DNA of 62,196 bases from Planctomycetota bacterium. GTDB lineage: Bacteria > Planctomycetota > UBA8108. The translations under genes and the position numbers were made by a program. The stretch spans positions 1-62,196 of the forward strand of contig CBFHWB010000003.1 of the NCBI GenBank assembly GCA_965659285.1, in the 5' to 3' direction. Each line of letters opens with the position of its first letter. Within the stretch, counting starts at the first letter, position 1. Under the pieces are notes generated by a model, which saw only the letters and a list, made by a program, of their open reading frames with translations, had not been told where the DNA came from and did no database searches. Shown piece by piece: positions 36,083 through 46,900 of this stretch.

Positions 36083-37099
36083 ATGAAGTACGCAGTGGCT
36101 GCCTGCCAGACGGATTTTCCCTGTCCCCGTGACCGTAGCGAGATCTCATCGAGGGTCGATCGGATGCTGGCCATGGTCGATTCCGCGGTCATGGGCTACA
36201 AGCCCTTCTTCCCGGTTCGCCTGGTGGTCTTTCCCGAGTTTGCCCACGCGGCTCCGGTCTACGCGACGGCCCGGGAATTGAGAGACAAGCTGGCCGTCGA
36301 GTTGCCCTGTGAGCACACCGACCGCTACGAGAAAAAAGCCCGGGAGCTGGGTATCTATATCCAGACAGGCAGCTTCATCGAGCGCGATCCGGATTGGCCG
36401 GGGGTGGTTTTCAATACGACCTGCCTGGTGGGGCCGGAGGGAATTCTCTACAAGTACCGTAAGGTGAACCCCTGGCTGCCGTGGGAGGTCCATGCCAGCC
36501 CCCATGACCTGCCGGGATACAAGGATGAGCTGTTCCCGGTCGCCCGTACCGAGATCGGTAATATCGGCTGCGCCATCTGCTACGACTGGCTCTTTCCAGA
36601 GGCGATTCGCGAGCTGGCGCTGGGCGGGGCGGAACTGCTGGTGCGGGTCTCGGCTTACATGGATCCCTGGGGGGCCACCCCTCCTATGGACTGGTGGACC
36701 GTGATCAACCGCAGCCGGGCTATCGAAAACCTGGCCTATGTGGTCGCCTCGAACCAGGGGGCAAGTCTCGAGAACTATCCACCCTTTTCATGGCCCGGAG
36801 GGAGCATGGTCGTCGATTACGATGGACGGATCCTTTCGCAGGCGGATCCGGGGCCGGGAGAAAAGATCGTTGTCGCTGAGGTTGACCTCGGGGCGCTGCG
36901 CCAGGCGCGGCGTGAGCGTCTCGGACACAATCCCCTCGCGCATCTGCGGGGCGAAGCCTATACCGCGGCCCGCGGAACCTTCTACCCGGGCGGCACCTTC
37001 GCCGATGCCGCCTCGCAGGAGGGTGACCGCAGTGTCGAAGAGAACGAGCAGGCTGTCAGGGAGGCTCTTTCGGACAATCCCTGGAAGACCGCCGATTGA
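36083..37099 (+). CDS. carbon-nitrogen hydrolase (nitrilase superfamily; amidase/formamidase-like)
   Basis: An FPE glutamate motif and the catalytic Cys context GNIGCAICYDWLFPE. ATG 36083 is preceded by GGAGAG. Confidence 0.85.
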   Translation: MKYAVAACQTDFPCPRDRSEISSRVDRMLAMVDSAVMGYKPFFPVRLVVFPEFAHAAPVYATARELRDKLAVELPCEHTDRYEKKARELGIYIQTGSFIERDPDWPGVVFNTTCLVGPEGILYKYRKVNPWLPWEVHASPHDLPGYKDELFPVARTEIGNIGCAICYDWLFPEAIRELALGGAELLVRVSAYMDPWGATPPMDWWTVINRSRAIENLAYVVASNQGASLENYPPFSWPGGSMVVDYDGRILSQADPGPGEKIVVAEVDLGALRQARRERLGHNPLAHLRGEAYTAARGTFYPGGTFADAASQEGDRSVEENEQAVREALSDNPWKTAD

Positions 37100-37114
37100 G
37101 CGGCCGTCGGAGAA

Positions 37115-37942
37115 TTAGAAGCTCAGCTCTTCGGGGATCAGGACCTGTTCCTGGCGTTTGTCCAGGGGCAGGCAGTAGAAGGGCCCCTCCCTCACGATTC
37201 CCATCGTCTTGAGGCGGCTTTCTATGCTCGCGGGTTTCATGTTGGTCACCATGCGAAGCTCGGCCATGGTGATCCGGGGCTGGAGCTCGAGCAGGCGGCG
37301 CCAGTCGCTGTCGGTTCCGCGAAACCGCTTGCGTGATTTGTGATCGACGCCCATCGCGTAGAGACCGTCGAGGAGGTCGCGGTAGGGTACCGCCCCCTGC
37401 AGAACCTTGGGTTCTTCCATGGTGGGGCGGCGGATGACGATCGTCGGGAAGCCGAAGCCGTAGCGGCTGCCGTCTTCACGGTCGGCGTCGAACAGCACAT
37501 CTGCCCGGCCGTTGGAGAGCTGCTCGATCATGTCTTCGGAGCTGAGTCCAAGCTCTTCGGCGAGCGAGAAGACAAGCTCGAGGTCATCGATCTTCTGTTG
37601 CTCGACGTAGAAGGCCTCGCGGATTCGACGCAGCAGCCTGCGGGCGGCCTCGTCGCTTCGTACGGCGACAGCCTTGACGGCCCTGCAGGAGACAAAGGTG
37701 CTCTCCAGGATGTGGGAATTCCAGATGTCCGGCTCAAACGGCATGCCGGAGACGTCCGCGGCGGTTTGCCAGTGACGGATGATCAGGCTCGGGTCCGGAA
37801 CGGGATGGTCTCGAAGTCCAGCCATGACCATGCGCCATCGCAATTGCTCACCCCACTCGAAGAGAAAGGTCGTCTCAACGGGTTGAAAAGCCCAGCACCA
37901 GCTGCAAGCCGGATCCTCCAAAAATACCACCTCTAATTCCAT
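37115..37942 (-). CDS. DsbA/FrnE-like thioredoxin-fold protein with C-terminal helix-turn-helix-like extension
   Basis: N-terminal VVFLEDPACSWCWAF (CxxC). The C-terminal ~70 aa (ITMAELRMVTNMKPASIESRLKTMGIVREG) look like a winged helix. Confidence 0.7.
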   Translation of the reverse strand: MELEVVFLEDPACSWCWAFQPVETTFLFEWGEQLRWRMVMAGLRDHPVPDPSLIIRHWQTAADVSGMPFEPDIWNSHILESTFVSCRAVKAVAVRSDEAARRLLRRIREAFYVEQQKIDDLELVFSLAEELGLSSEDMIEQLSNGRADVLFDADREDGSRYGFGFPTIVIRRPTMEEPKVLQGAVPYRDLLDGLYAMGVDHKSRKRFRGTDSDWRRLLELQPRITMAELRMVTNMKPASIESRLKTMGIVREGPFYCLPLDKRQEQVLIPEELSF

Positions 37943-38232
37943 GACCGCTCCTCTCTTCACTTTTGAAACCACCGGCCTTCCGGCCGGAATGTTCGCCGCC
38001 ACCAGGGTCGGCGAAGAATGACCCGGGAGCCATCTCACCAATGACTCCTCGTTTATTTGCTACGGCCAACCATCAGAAGAGACAAACCGCCCCACAGCAA
38101 GAAAAACTTCCACCAACATCTGTTGGCGACAGTCCTTGCCAGCGAATAAAGAACTGGTATAAGTTCACTCTGGCCTGAGCTTTTCTTTATTGGTTCCGCT
38201 GAGAATGTAGTTCACAAGAACGAGTTGGACAG

Positions 38233-39414
38233 ATGGAATTCGAAAGTCTACAGGGTGATCCCCAGTTCCGTTCCTGGCTGGAGCAGTTCATAGAGGATCG
38301 TGTCCGCGATGAGCTCAAGCGGGATATGGATCGCAGGGCGAGAGATGCCTTCTCGCTCGTATCCGTCCGTCCCGATGACAAGCTGGCCAATTCGATGGCC
38401 AGGATCCTGGGGAAACCCCTGGTGCCGGTGGAGATCCTGACCTTCGGCGATGGCGAGAAGAAGGCTGTCGTGAAAGAGAACCTGCGCGGCAAGCATGTCT
38501 ACGTCATCGCCACCGTAGGTTATGGTGAAGACCCTGATGTCTCGCTTGCCAACGCGCTCAAGATTCTTTCCACGCTGAAGCGAACCTGCAAGGTGCGGCA
38601 GATCAACTTCGTGGTTCCCTGCCTCTGGTACCAGGCCCAGGACAAGACCCATGCCCGCCGCGAGCCGATCACGGTTCGCGATGTAGCCGATGATCTCATC
38701 CGCCGCGGCATGAATCATATCATCGTCACCTCGCTGCACGCGGAGCAGATAGAGATCGCCTTCGACAGCTTCGACCACCTGAAGATGGAGCCGCTGTTCA
38801 GTGACTATCTCAACCACCGTTTTATCGAGCAGGGCGAGAAGTTCATCCTGATCTCTCCGGATGATGGCGGCGTTCGCATGCGCGAGGAGCTCTTCAAGAA
38901 CATGAGCCCTGAGTGGGTGGCCGGCCAGGCCGCTGTCCACCAGCTGCGGGTGAGAGGTTCGGTTGACGAGAAGCAGGTACTGGACTTCGTGGGAGAGGTC
39001 GATGGAACCGTCGGCGTGATCCTCGATGACATGATGCGTTCGGGCTCGACCATGTTCCAGGCGGCCAAGGCGGCCAAGGAGAAGGGCGCCAAGAAGGTCA
39101 TCGGGCTGGTGACGCACTTCTACGGTTTCGACAGCGATATGGGCAGTCGCTTCGATGAGCGGCTTGCGGACTCGGCTCTCGACGAGTTGATCTGTACTAA
39201 CAGCCGCGGCGGCCTCGAGGAGCGCCTGGCCGAAAGCGAGGTTCTCCGTGAGCGCCTGACGGTCCTGGACGTGGCTCCTTATCTTTCCAAGGCGCTGATC
39301 AATTTCCAGACCGGCGGTACGGTCAAGGACATGATCGCCGGCGTTGGCGAGTTGAAGGATCTCTACCGCGTGATTCACCTCGCCGGCTCCAAGCTGAGCG
39401 GCGAAGAATCCTGA
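38233..39414 (+). CDS. ribose-phosphate pyrophosphokinase family protein (divergent, N-terminal extension)
   Basis: FGDGE, SLHAEQIEIAFD and a PRPP-loop-like ILDDMMRSGSTMFQAAKAAKEKGAKKV occur in the Prs order. About 40 extra N-terminal residues. Confidence 0.75.
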   Translation: MEFESLQGDPQFRSWLEQFIEDRVRDELKRDMDRRARDAFSLVSVRPDDKLANSMARILGKPLVPVEILTFGDGEKKAVVKENLRGKHVYVIATVGYGEDPDVSLANALKILSTLKRTCKVRQINFVVPCLWYQAQDKTHARREPITVRDVADDLIRRGMNHIIVTSLHAEQIEIAFDSFDHLKMEPLFSDYLNHRFIEQGEKFILISPDDGGVRMREELFKNMSPEWVAGQAAVHQLRVRGSVDEKQVLDFVGEVDGTVGVILDDMMRSGSTMFQAAKAAKEKGAKKVIGLVTHFYGFDSDMGSRFDERLADSALDELICTNSRGGLEERLAESEVLRERLTVLDVAPYLSKALINFQTGGTVKDMIAGVGELKDLYRVIHLAGSKLSGEES

Positions 39415-39445
39415 GCCGCTCCCATGCCGCCCGCGCGGGAGTATC

Positions 39446-42400
39446 TCAGCTCGGGTCGTAGGCCAGGTTCTGCGCAAGCCATCTCTCGACCTCGGAGGGG
39501 GCCAGGCCCTTTCTTTCCGCATAGTCAAGCACCTGGTCCCTGTCGATCCTTCCAACGGCGAAATACCTGCTCTCGGGATGTCCCAGGTAGAGCCCGCTGA
39601 CCGCCGCTGCGGGGTACATGGCGTAGCTCTCGGTGAGTTCGATGCCGGTGTTCTCCCTGACCTTGAGGAGGCTCCAGATTGTCGGTTTCTCGGTGTGATC
39701 CGGGCAGGCCGGGTAGCCCGGGGCGGGCCTTATTCCGCGGTAGCGCTCGGCGATCAGATCTTCGTAGTCCAGCTCTTCGTCGGCGCCGTAGCCCAGGTTG
39801 TTCCGCGCCCTGCGATGCAGAAGCTCGGCGAAGGCCTCGGCCAGCCGATCCGCCAGGGCCTTGGCCATGATGGAGTTGTAGTCGTCGTTGTCGGCTTCGA
39901 ACCGGGCGCAGACCTCGTCGAGGCCGAAGCCTGTCGACAGCGCGAAGGCTCCGATATGGTCCACCTTGCCGCTCGAGTCGGGAGCGATAAAATCAGCGAG
40001 GCAATACTGAGGTTTACTCCTGTCGCGCTGGTGCTGCTGACGGAGGAAATGCAGGGTGGCGAGGGTCTCTCTCTTCCCGGCATCGGCGTAGAGTTGGACG
40101 TCATCTCCGTGGGAGTTGGCCGCGAAGAAGCCGGTGACGGCCCGGGCTTCGAGGAGCTTCTCCGAGACGATGGTTCCGAGCAGACCGAGGGCGTCGCCGT
40201 GCAGCTTGCGGGCCTGTTCACCGACGATCGGATCCTCAAGTACCTTCGGGAATTGTCCCGAGAGCTCCCAGGCCGCGAAGAACGGTGACCAGTCGATGTA
40301 GGGGACAAGATCTTCCAATGGGAAGTTCTCCAGGATCTCGATGCCGGTTCTCGATGGTGTCGAGAGTTCCCTGGAATCCCAGTCGCCCTGAAAGCCCAGC
40401 CGGCGAGCTTCGGCGATGTCGAGGATCGAGGCGGGCTTCGACTGAGCGCTCTCGTATTGCCTGCGCGCCTTGTCCTGCGCCTCGAGGTTTTCCTCGATGA
40501 AGGCGCTCCTGTTCCTGCCATCGGGACGCAGGGTGGAGCAGACCCCGACGGCTCTCGATGCGTCCAGCACATGGACCACGGGATGCGAGTACCGGGGCGC
40601 GATCTTGATGGCTGTATGAGCTTTGCTCGTTGTCGCCCCGCCGATCAGCAGGGGCGTCGAGAAACCGGCCTGCTCCAACTCGGAGGCCACCACCACCATC
40701 TCGTCGAGCGAGGGAGTGATGAGGCCGCTCAATCCGATCAGATCCGCGTTGAGCTCTCGCGCTGTCTCAAGAATCTTTTCACAAGGCGTCATGACGCCCA
40801 GGTCGACGACGTTCCAATTGTTGCAGCCCAGGACGACACCCACAATGTTCTTGCCGATATCATGGACGTCGCCTCGTACCGTTGCCATCACGATACGGCC
40901 CTCGGCGCTTCTTCCCGAGCGCTTCTCTTTTTCCATGAAGGGCTCGAGCCAGGCCACGGCCTTTTTCATGACCCTGGCGCTCTTGACGACCTGCGGGAGA
41001 AACATCTTTCCCTCCCCGAAGAGGTCACCGACGATCTTCATGCCGTCCATCAGCGGCCCCTCGATGACCTCCAGGGGCCGGTCGAAGAGCAGGCGCGCCT
41101 CCTCCGTGTCGCTCTCGATGAAGTCTGTGATGCCGTTGACCAGGGAATGGCTCAGCCGTTTGGCGACATCCTGCTCGCGCCAGGCGAGCCGGCCGTCGTC
41201 GTTTTCTTTTTTTCGCCCGGGGTCTTCCATCCCGGCCGCGTACTCGACCAGGCGCTCGGTGGAGTCTTCGCGCCGGTTGAAGAGGACGTCCTCGACAAGC
41301 TCGAGCAGCTTCGCATCGATCTCCTCGTAAACCTCCAGCATGCCGGCGTTCACGATCGCCAGGTCGAGACCGGCCTCGATGGCGTGAAAGAGAAAGGCCG
41401 AGTGCATCGCTTCTCGAACCACGTTGTTGCCGCGGAAGGAAAAGGAGATATTGCTGACTCCGCCGCTGGTGCGTGCGCCGGGGCAGCGCCTCTTGATCTC
41501 CCGGACGGCTTCGATGAAGTTCACGGCGTATTCGTTGTGCTCGCTGATACCGGTGGCGACGGTCAGGATGTTCGGATCGAAGATGATGTCCTCTGCATCG
41601 AAGCCGGCCTTGCTCTTGAGCAGGCCGAAGGCTCGCTCGCAGATGCTGACCCTGTCTTCGAGGCCGGTTGCCTGGCCGGATTCATCGAAGGCCATGACGA
41701 CCACCGCCGCTCCGTACTGTCTTGCCAGGCGGGCCTGCTCGAGGAAGCTGTCCTCGCCCTCCTTCAGGCTGATGGAGTTGACGATGCATTTGCCCTGGGC
41801 GCATTTCAGGCCGGCCTCGATGACAGACCACTTCGAGCTGTCGATCATGATCGGAACCCTGGCCAGGTCCGGCTCGGAGGCTATGAGGTTGAGGAATCTC
41901 GTCATCGAGCCCTCCGAATCCAGCAGCGCCTCGTCGAAGTTGATGTCGATCACGTTGGCCCCGTTGTCGACCTGCTGGCGGGCGATGGAGAGCGCCTCTT
42001 CGAAGTCTTCCTCCAGGATCAACCGGCGAAAGCGGGGCGAGCCGGTGACGTTGGTTCTCTCGCCGACCATTACCAGTGGGATCCTCTCGCCTTCCAGCTT
42101 GAGAGGCTCGAGGCCGCTGAGGTGCGTGGCCTGCGGCGCCTTCGGCAGGACGCGCGGGGGGCAGTCGCTGACACGCCCGGCGATGGCCCGGATATGCTCC
42201 GGCGTGGTTCCGCAGCAGCCGCCGACGATGTTGAGCAGACCCTCACCCACGAGTCCGCCAAGGGCATCGCTGGTGTCTTCGGGGGTCTCGTCGTAGCCGG
42301 TTTCGCTGAGTGGGTTGGGCAGACCGGCGTTGGGGTAGCAGCTCAGGTGGCAATCGGCGACCCGTGAGAGCTCCCGGATGTAGGGCCGCATCGCCGCCGC

Positions 42401-43177
42401 TCCGAGGGCGCAGTTGATTCCGACACCCAGCGGACGGGCATGGCGAATGGAGTTCCAGCAGGCCTCGGTGGTCTGTCCCGAGAGGGTTCGCCCCGAGGCG
42501 TCGGTGATGGTGATGGAGAGCAGCACCGGCAGACGGGAGCCATGCTCCCGGAAGAGCTCTTCAAAGGCGAAGATCGCGGCCTTCAGGTTGAGGGTGTCGA
42601 AGGTGGTCTCTGCCAGCAGGAGATCGACACCGCCCTCGATGAGCCCCTCGGCCTGCTCACGGTAAGCCTTGGCCAGCTGGTCGAAGGTGACGGCCCTGTA
42701 GGCCGGGTTGTCGACGTCAGGGGACAACGAAGCGGTTCGGTTGGTCGGCCCCAGCGCGCCGGCGACAAAGCAGGTTCTGCCGGGGTTCGCTTTCATGAAG
42801 TCATCGACCGTTTCGCGGGCGAGAGCCGCCGCCGCGATGTTGAGCTCCCTCGCCAGGCTCTCAAGGCCGTAGTCCGCCTGGGCGATCGAGGTGCTGGAGA
42901 AGGTGTTGGTCTCGATAATATCCGCTCCCGCCTCGAGGAACGCCCGGTGAATGTCGCCGATGAGCCCCGGCCGGGTCAGGCTGAGGAGGTCATTGTTGCC
43001 CTTGAGCTCGCGGGTGTGGTCCTGGAAGCGTTCCGCTCTGAAGTCAGCCTCGGTGAGCTCATGGGCCTGGATCATCGTCCCCATGGCGCCATCCAGCACG
43101 AGGATACGCTCAGCAAGCGCCGCTCGAAGCCGCTGTTCTGCAGACTGGTTTTTTTCCACGTCACCCATCGTGACCAT
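39446..43177 (-). CDS. metH: cobalamin-dependent methionine synthase
   Basis: All modules are recognisable: the Hcy domain ([21 protein letters not shown]), the pterin-binding domain, the B12 domain ([11 protein letters not shown]) and the AdoMet activation domain. The start is ATG 43177 or 43168; the ORF-track start is 43255. Confidence 0.95.
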   Translation of the reverse strand: MVTMGDVEKNQSAEQRLRAALAERILVLDGAMGTMIQAHELTEADFRAERFQDHTRELKGNNDLLSLTRPGLIGDIHRAFLEAGADIIETNTFSSTSIAQADYGLESLARELNIAAAALARETVDDFMKANPGRTCFVAGALGPTNRTASLSPDVDNPAYRAVTFDQLAKAYREQAEGLIEGGVDLLLAETTFDTLNLKAAIFAFEELFREHGSRLPVLLSITITDASGRTLSGQTTEACWNSIRHARPLGVGINCALGAAAMRPYIRELSRVADCHLSCYPNAGLPNPLSETGYDETPEDTSDALGGLVGEGLLNIVGGCCGTTPEHIRAIAGRVSDCPPRVLPKAPQATHLSGLEPLKLEGERIPLVMVGERTNVTGSPRFRRLILEEDFEEALSIARQQVDNGANVIDINFDEALLDSEGSMTRFLNLIASEPDLARVPIMIDSSKWSVIEAGLKCAQGKCIVNSISLKEGEDSFLEQARLARQYGAAVVVMAFDESGQATGLEDRVSICERAFGLLKSKAGFDAEDIIFDPNILTVATGISEHNEYAVNFIEAVREIKRRCPGARTSGGVSNISFSFRGNNVVREAMHSAFLFHAIEAGLDLAIVNAGMLEVYEEIDAKLLELVEDVLFNRREDSTERLVEYAAGMEDPGRKKENDDGRLAWREQDVAKRLSHSLVNGITDFIESDTEEARLLFDRPLEVIEGPLMDGMKIVGDLFGEGKMFLPQVVKSARVMKKAVAWLEPFMEKEKRSGRSAEGRIVMATVRGDVHDIGKNIVGVVLGCNNWNVVDLGVMTPCEKILETARELNADLIGLSGLITPSLDEMVVVASELEQAGFSTPLLIGGATTSKAHTAIKIAPRYSHPVVHVLDASRAVGVCSTLRPDGRNRSAFIEENLEAQDKARRQYESAQSKPASILDIAEARRLGFQGDWDSRELSTPSRTGIEILENFPLEDLVPYIDWSPFFAAWELSGQFPKVLEDPIVGEQARKLHGDALGLLGTIVSEKLLEARAVTGFFAANSHGDDVQLYADAGKRETLATLHFLRQQHQRDRSKPQYCLADFIAPDSSGKVDHIGAFALSTGFGLDEVCARFEADNDDYNSIMAKALADRLAEAFAELLHRRARNNLGYGADEELDYEDLIAERYRGIRPAPGYPACPDHTEKPTIWSLLKVRENTGIELTESYAMYPAAAVSGLYLGHPESRYFAVGRIDRDQVLDYAERKGLAPSEVERWLAQNLAYDPS

Positions 43178-43288
43178 CTTCCTGGATTGGATTGAGGCAG
43201 GGTAGTCTAACCCTGCCGCCGGATAAGTAAAGCGGGCCGGGCGATCGGGCGGCATGGCTTCTGGCGCCCGGACCCCGTGGGGCCGGAC

Positions 43289-44134
43289 TCAGGACTCTTC
43301 GTCGAGGCCTCTCGCGCTCTGATCATCCTGGTCGTCAAGCCAGGCGACATCGGATTCATCATCGCTGAAGCGCTTGATGCCGATCTCCTTGATCTTTGAA
43401 TCATCGACCTTTTCAAGCGGTGTATAGTTCGGGTGATGGGAGTCGATGAAGGGGTCGTTGGAGGCCGCGTTATAGCAGCAGATCATGGCCCAGCGCGGGT
43501 TCTCGGAGCGGTTCTGGTCTGAACGATGGAGCAGGTTACAGTGGAAGAAGCAGGTGTCGCCCGGCTCCATTTTACAGTGGACCAGTTCCCCGCGCTCGAT
43601 CGCGATGTCGACGCGTTCCATGTCAGCGCCGGCCTGGTCGCCGGTGAGCACATGATCGATACGTCCAAGCTTGTGCGAGCTCCTGAGGAACTGCATGCAG
43701 CCGTTTTCAATCGTGGCGGCGTCAACCGCTATGGTCGCGCTGACCATCTGCGGAGAGAGACAGCCGTTCTGGTACCAGTAGCCGTAGTCCTGGTGCCAGG
43801 CCCAGGCACCACCGACCTTCGGATCCTTCATGATCATCTTGGAATGATAGTGGTAGACCTCTTCGCCGAGGAGCTGCTCAGAGCCATCCACGATTCGAAG
43901 GCAGCGCGCGAACATGCCGTAGATCCCATCGCCGGGATGATTCCACAGGGACATGCGAACCTTGCCGCCTTCACCATCTTCCTTGCTGTAGGAGTGGGCT
44001 TCGAGCTCGCGATCTTCTTTCGCTGCCCGCTTCAAAAGCTCCATCTCTTCGGCGTCGAACATCGACTTGACGATAAGATACCCATCACGATGAAATTGAT
44101 CGATCTGTTCAGGGGTCAGTGGCTCCGACGACAT
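43289..44134 (-). CDS. phytanoyl-CoA dioxygenase (PhyH) family Fe(II)/2-oxoglutarate oxygenase
   Basis: N-terminal LTPEQIDQFHRDGYLIV. HQD iron-ligand motif (WAWHQDYGYW) and a distal His (FFHCNLLHRSDQN). Confidence 0.85.
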   Translation of the reverse strand: MSSEPLTPEQIDQFHRDGYLIVKSMFDAEEMELLKRAAKEDRELEAHSYSKEDGEGGKVRMSLWNHPGDGIYGMFARCLRIVDGSEQLLGEEVYHYHSKMIMKDPKVGGAWAWHQDYGYWYQNGCLSPQMVSATIAVDAATIENGCMQFLRSSHKLGRIDHVLTGDQAGADMERVDIAIERGELVHCKMEPGDTCFFHCNLLHRSDQNRSENPRWAMICCYNAASNDPFIDSHHPNYTPLEKVDDSKIKEIGIKRFSDDESDVAWLDDQDDQSARGLDEES

Positions 44135-44159
44135 ATTCGCCTCCCGGAAATTCTGGTGT

Positions 44160-46214
44160 TTATTTAGAGACCCAGGCCTTCATTCCCTTCGCGTCCAGGA
44201 CACCCCAGTAGATCCGGATGTCTTCAAGGGAGCCCTTCAGCTTCGTGGGGGTCGTATAGTCAGCGACGAGAGACTCGGCATCATTGCCGACGTTCAGGCC
44301 ATCAAAGGGCTTGCTGGGCAGCAGGTGTCCCGGGGCTGCGCCGACCGCCTTTCCGTTTACGAGCACGGTCAGCTTGCCGCTGGCGGCGAGGGTTCCCGCG
44401 ATGTGGGTCCGCTTGCCGGCCTCGATCTTCAGGTCGCTCACCGCCTCCTTGAGCTCGCCGCCGCTGCGCACGGCGAAACGGACCTTGCCGCCGGCAAGGT
44501 AGAGACTGTAGCCGGTTGACTCGCCGCCCTGGGCAACGAGGACTCCGTCGCCGGATTCAGGCGTGCACCAGGCTCCGACGGTCAGTGGTTTGGCCGAGGG
44601 GTCGAGATCCTTCGGCAGGGGTCCGCCCGGCTTCTCGAGGTGCAGGACCTTCTCGAGCTTGACCTGTCGCGCCTTACGCTTGAGCGCCTTGGCATTGGTC
44701 TTTTTCTTCTTTACCGATTTCTCGGGCTCGTTGTCAGCGTAGAGCTTCTGCAGCCTCAAGATCTCCTGCTCGAGATCTTTCTGTACCTTGGCGTAGTCTT
44801 CTTTGCCGTGCACGCTGACCAGCTCGTCGGGATCCTTGCTCAGGTCGAAGAGCTCCCACTCGTCGATGTTGTAGTAGCGGATGAGCTTGTGGGTGCGGGT
44901 TCGGACCCCGTAGTGCCTCCGGACACTGTGGGCTCCGGGGAACTCGAGGTAGTGGTAGTAGATCGAGTCTCGCCAGTCAGCGGGCGACTCGCCCTTGAAC
45001 AGCGGCAGGAGGCTGCGCCCCTGCATGTCGCCGGGGATGTCAATTCCCGCCACATCGAGGAAGGTCTCGGCGTAGTCGAGGTTCTGTACCAGGTGGTGGT
45101 CGGCGGAGCCCGGCTTGATGACTCCCGGCCAGCGTACGATCAGTGGCATGCGGAGCGATTCCTCGTACATCCAGCGCTTGTCGTACCAGCCGTGGTCTCC
45201 GAGGTAGAAGCCCTGGTCGGAGCTGTAGATGACGATGGTATTGTCGGCGAGGTTCTCATCGTCAAGATACTTGAGGATCTGGCCGATCCCATCGTCGACC
45301 GCCGCGACGCAGCGCAGGTAGTCCTTGATGTAGCGCTGGTATTTCCAGCGCACCAGCTCTTTGCCCTCCAGCTTGGCCTTTCTGAAGGCCTCGTTCTTGG
45401 GTCCGTAGGCGGCGTTCCAGGTCGCCAGCTGTTCCTTGGTCAGGCCGCGGGGCGTGTTGAGCTTCAGATCGTTGACGCTCAGATGGCGCTCAACCGTCAT
45501 GGTCTGTGTTTTCGCCGCGCTGGTGCGGTTCTCCCATTTGTCAAACAACGTCGCCGGCTCGGGGATCGTCACATCATCGTACATGTTGAGGTAGCCCGGC
45601 CCGGGCGCCCAATTGCGATGCGGCGCCTTGTGCTGGTACATGAGGACGAAGGGCTTTTCCTTGTCGCGCTTGTTCTTCAGGAAGTCGAGCGTGATGTCGG
45701 TGATGATGCTGGTGGTGTAGCCGGTGTATTTCCTGGTTCCTGTCGGTGTCCGCATCGGCGGGTTGTAGTAGGGTCCCTGGCCGATGAGCACCTCCCAGAA
45801 GTCAAAGCCGGTGGGCTCGGTCTTGAGGTGCCATTTGCCGATCATGGCCGTCTGGTAGCCGGCCTTGCGCATCAGCTTGGGAAAGGTCTGCTGGGAGCCG
45901 TCGAAGGTGTTGCCGTTGGTCATAAAGCCGTTGAGGTGGCTGTGCTTGCCGGTGAGGATGACGGCGCGGCTCGGCCCGCAGATCGAGTTGGTGCAGAAGC
46001 TGTTGTGGAAGATCATTCCCTCTCGCGCCAGCCGGTCCATGTGGGGCGTCTTGTTGATCTTCGAGCCATAGGCGCCGATGGCATGGGGGGCGTGGTCATC
46101 GGTGAAGATGAAGAGGATGTTCGGGCGCTTGTCGGCCGCTTCAGCAAGAGACGCAATGCCCAGCAGGACCACGAGGGCCTGGAGGCAGAGTTTCGATCGG
46201 GGGAACCGCATCAT
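44160..46214 (-). CDS. sulfatase with C-terminal LamG/concanavalin-like domain
   Basis: Signal peptide. [11 protein letters not shown] and the [12 protein letters not shown] formylglycine motif (C-x-P-x-R). The C-terminal ~170 aa are a beta-rich LamG-like module. Confidence 0.9.
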   Translation of the reverse strand: MMRFPRSKLCLQALVVLLGIASLAEAADKRPNILFIFTDDHAPHAIGAYGSKINKTPHMDRLAREGMIFHNSFCTNSICGPSRAVILTGKHSHLNGFMTNGNTFDGSQQTFPKLMRKAGYQTAMIGKWHLKTEPTGFDFWEVLIGQGPYYNPPMRTPTGTRKYTGYTTSIITDITLDFLKNKRDKEKPFVLMYQHKAPHRNWAPGPGYLNMYDDVTIPEPATLFDKWENRTSAAKTQTMTVERHLSVNDLKLNTPRGLTKEQLATWNAAYGPKNEAFRKAKLEGKELVRWKYQRYIKDYLRCVAAVDDGIGQILKYLDDENLADNTIVIYSSDQGFYLGDHGWYDKRWMYEESLRMPLIVRWPGVIKPGSADHHLVQNLDYAETFLDVAGIDIPGDMQGRSLLPLFKGESPADWRDSIYYHYLEFPGAHSVRRHYGVRTRTHKLIRYYNIDEWELFDLSKDPDELVSVHGKEDYAKVQKDLEQEILRLQKLYADNEPEKSVKKKKTNAKALKRKARQVKLEKVLHLEKPGGPLPKDLDPSAKPLTVGAWCTPESGDGVLVAQGGESTGYSLYLAGGKVRFAVRSGGELKEAVSDLKIEAGKRTHIAGTLAASGKLTVLVNGKAVGAAPGHLLPSKPFDGLNVGNDAESLVADYTTPTKLKGSLEDIRIYWGVLDAKGMKAWVSK

Positions 46215-46282
46215 GAATATGTCACTTTCCTTCAGTTTGTAAAAAGCCGGGGCAGGCCCGGAATCCGTGGCTTGGGCTGTGT

Positions 46283-46669
46283 TTACCTGGGCTTGTCGTA
46301 TTTGTGCTTATTGTGACAGGCCTTGCAGTTGACCGCCTTGCCGAGCGCAGCGGTGCCGGCCTTGGGGTCGATCGCCACCTTGGCGGCGGCGGCGACAAAA
46401 TCGCCGGTGAGCTTTGTCCAGCCGACCGGGTCGCCCTTCTTGGGCTTGGTCTCGTAGAGGGCGATAGCGTAATCAAGGAGCTGGATCTTTTCCTGGCTGG
46501 TGGCCTTGCCCTCGATGACCTTCTTCGCCAGGCCTCCCTTGAGACCATCTTTCATGATCTGCTTGATGGTGTATTTCGGCTTGGAGTCGGCGCCGGCGGT
46601 GCCGACGAGGCCAAGGGTCAGGATGGCGGTGGCCAGCGAGGCCGTGAGGATCCTGGTGTTAAACTTCAT
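46283..46669 (-). CDS. small periplasmic c-type cytochrome, class II (cytochrome c'/c556-like)
   Basis: Signal peptide, a predicted helical body, and a single CKACH heme motif about 10 residues from the C-terminus. Confidence 0.65.
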   Translation of the reverse strand: MKFNTRILTASLATAILTLGLVGTAGADSKPKYTIKQIMKDGLKGGLAKKVIEGKATSQEKIQLLDYAIALYETKPKKGDPVGWTKLTGDFVAAAAKVAIDPKAGTAALGKAVNCKACHNKHKYDKPR

Positions 46670-46900
46670 GAGCTCGTCTCCTTGCAGGGTGTTTGGCTAC
46701 GGTCTCGCGAAGGAGCTCTCCGCGGAAGAAACCGAACCCGGATGCTATTTGCAGGCCTGCCCGGATGTCAAGAACCGTACCGTTCTCTCCTGGCCTGTTC
46801 CGCGGCTGCCTGATGGCGTACAATCTTGCGCATGGGACGGGTTCGCGTCGAGCGCGCCATGTGCCAGGGTCTTTTCCTTCTATGCCATGGAGATCACGGA

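Noticed and set aside
43178-43288. Cobalamin riboswitch upstream of metH
   Set aside because: Only about 110 nt are available between PhyH and metH, and I see no B12-box-like sequence. MetH is also not the usual target of B12 riboswitches.
43256-43291. The PhyH stop TGA (43289..43291) is in the same frame as the extended metH ORF, raising a possible read-through or fusion
   Set aside because: Frame coincidence only. PhyH ends naturally. The intervening residues and the metH N-terminal extension have no homology-like features. The metH core begins at about 43177.
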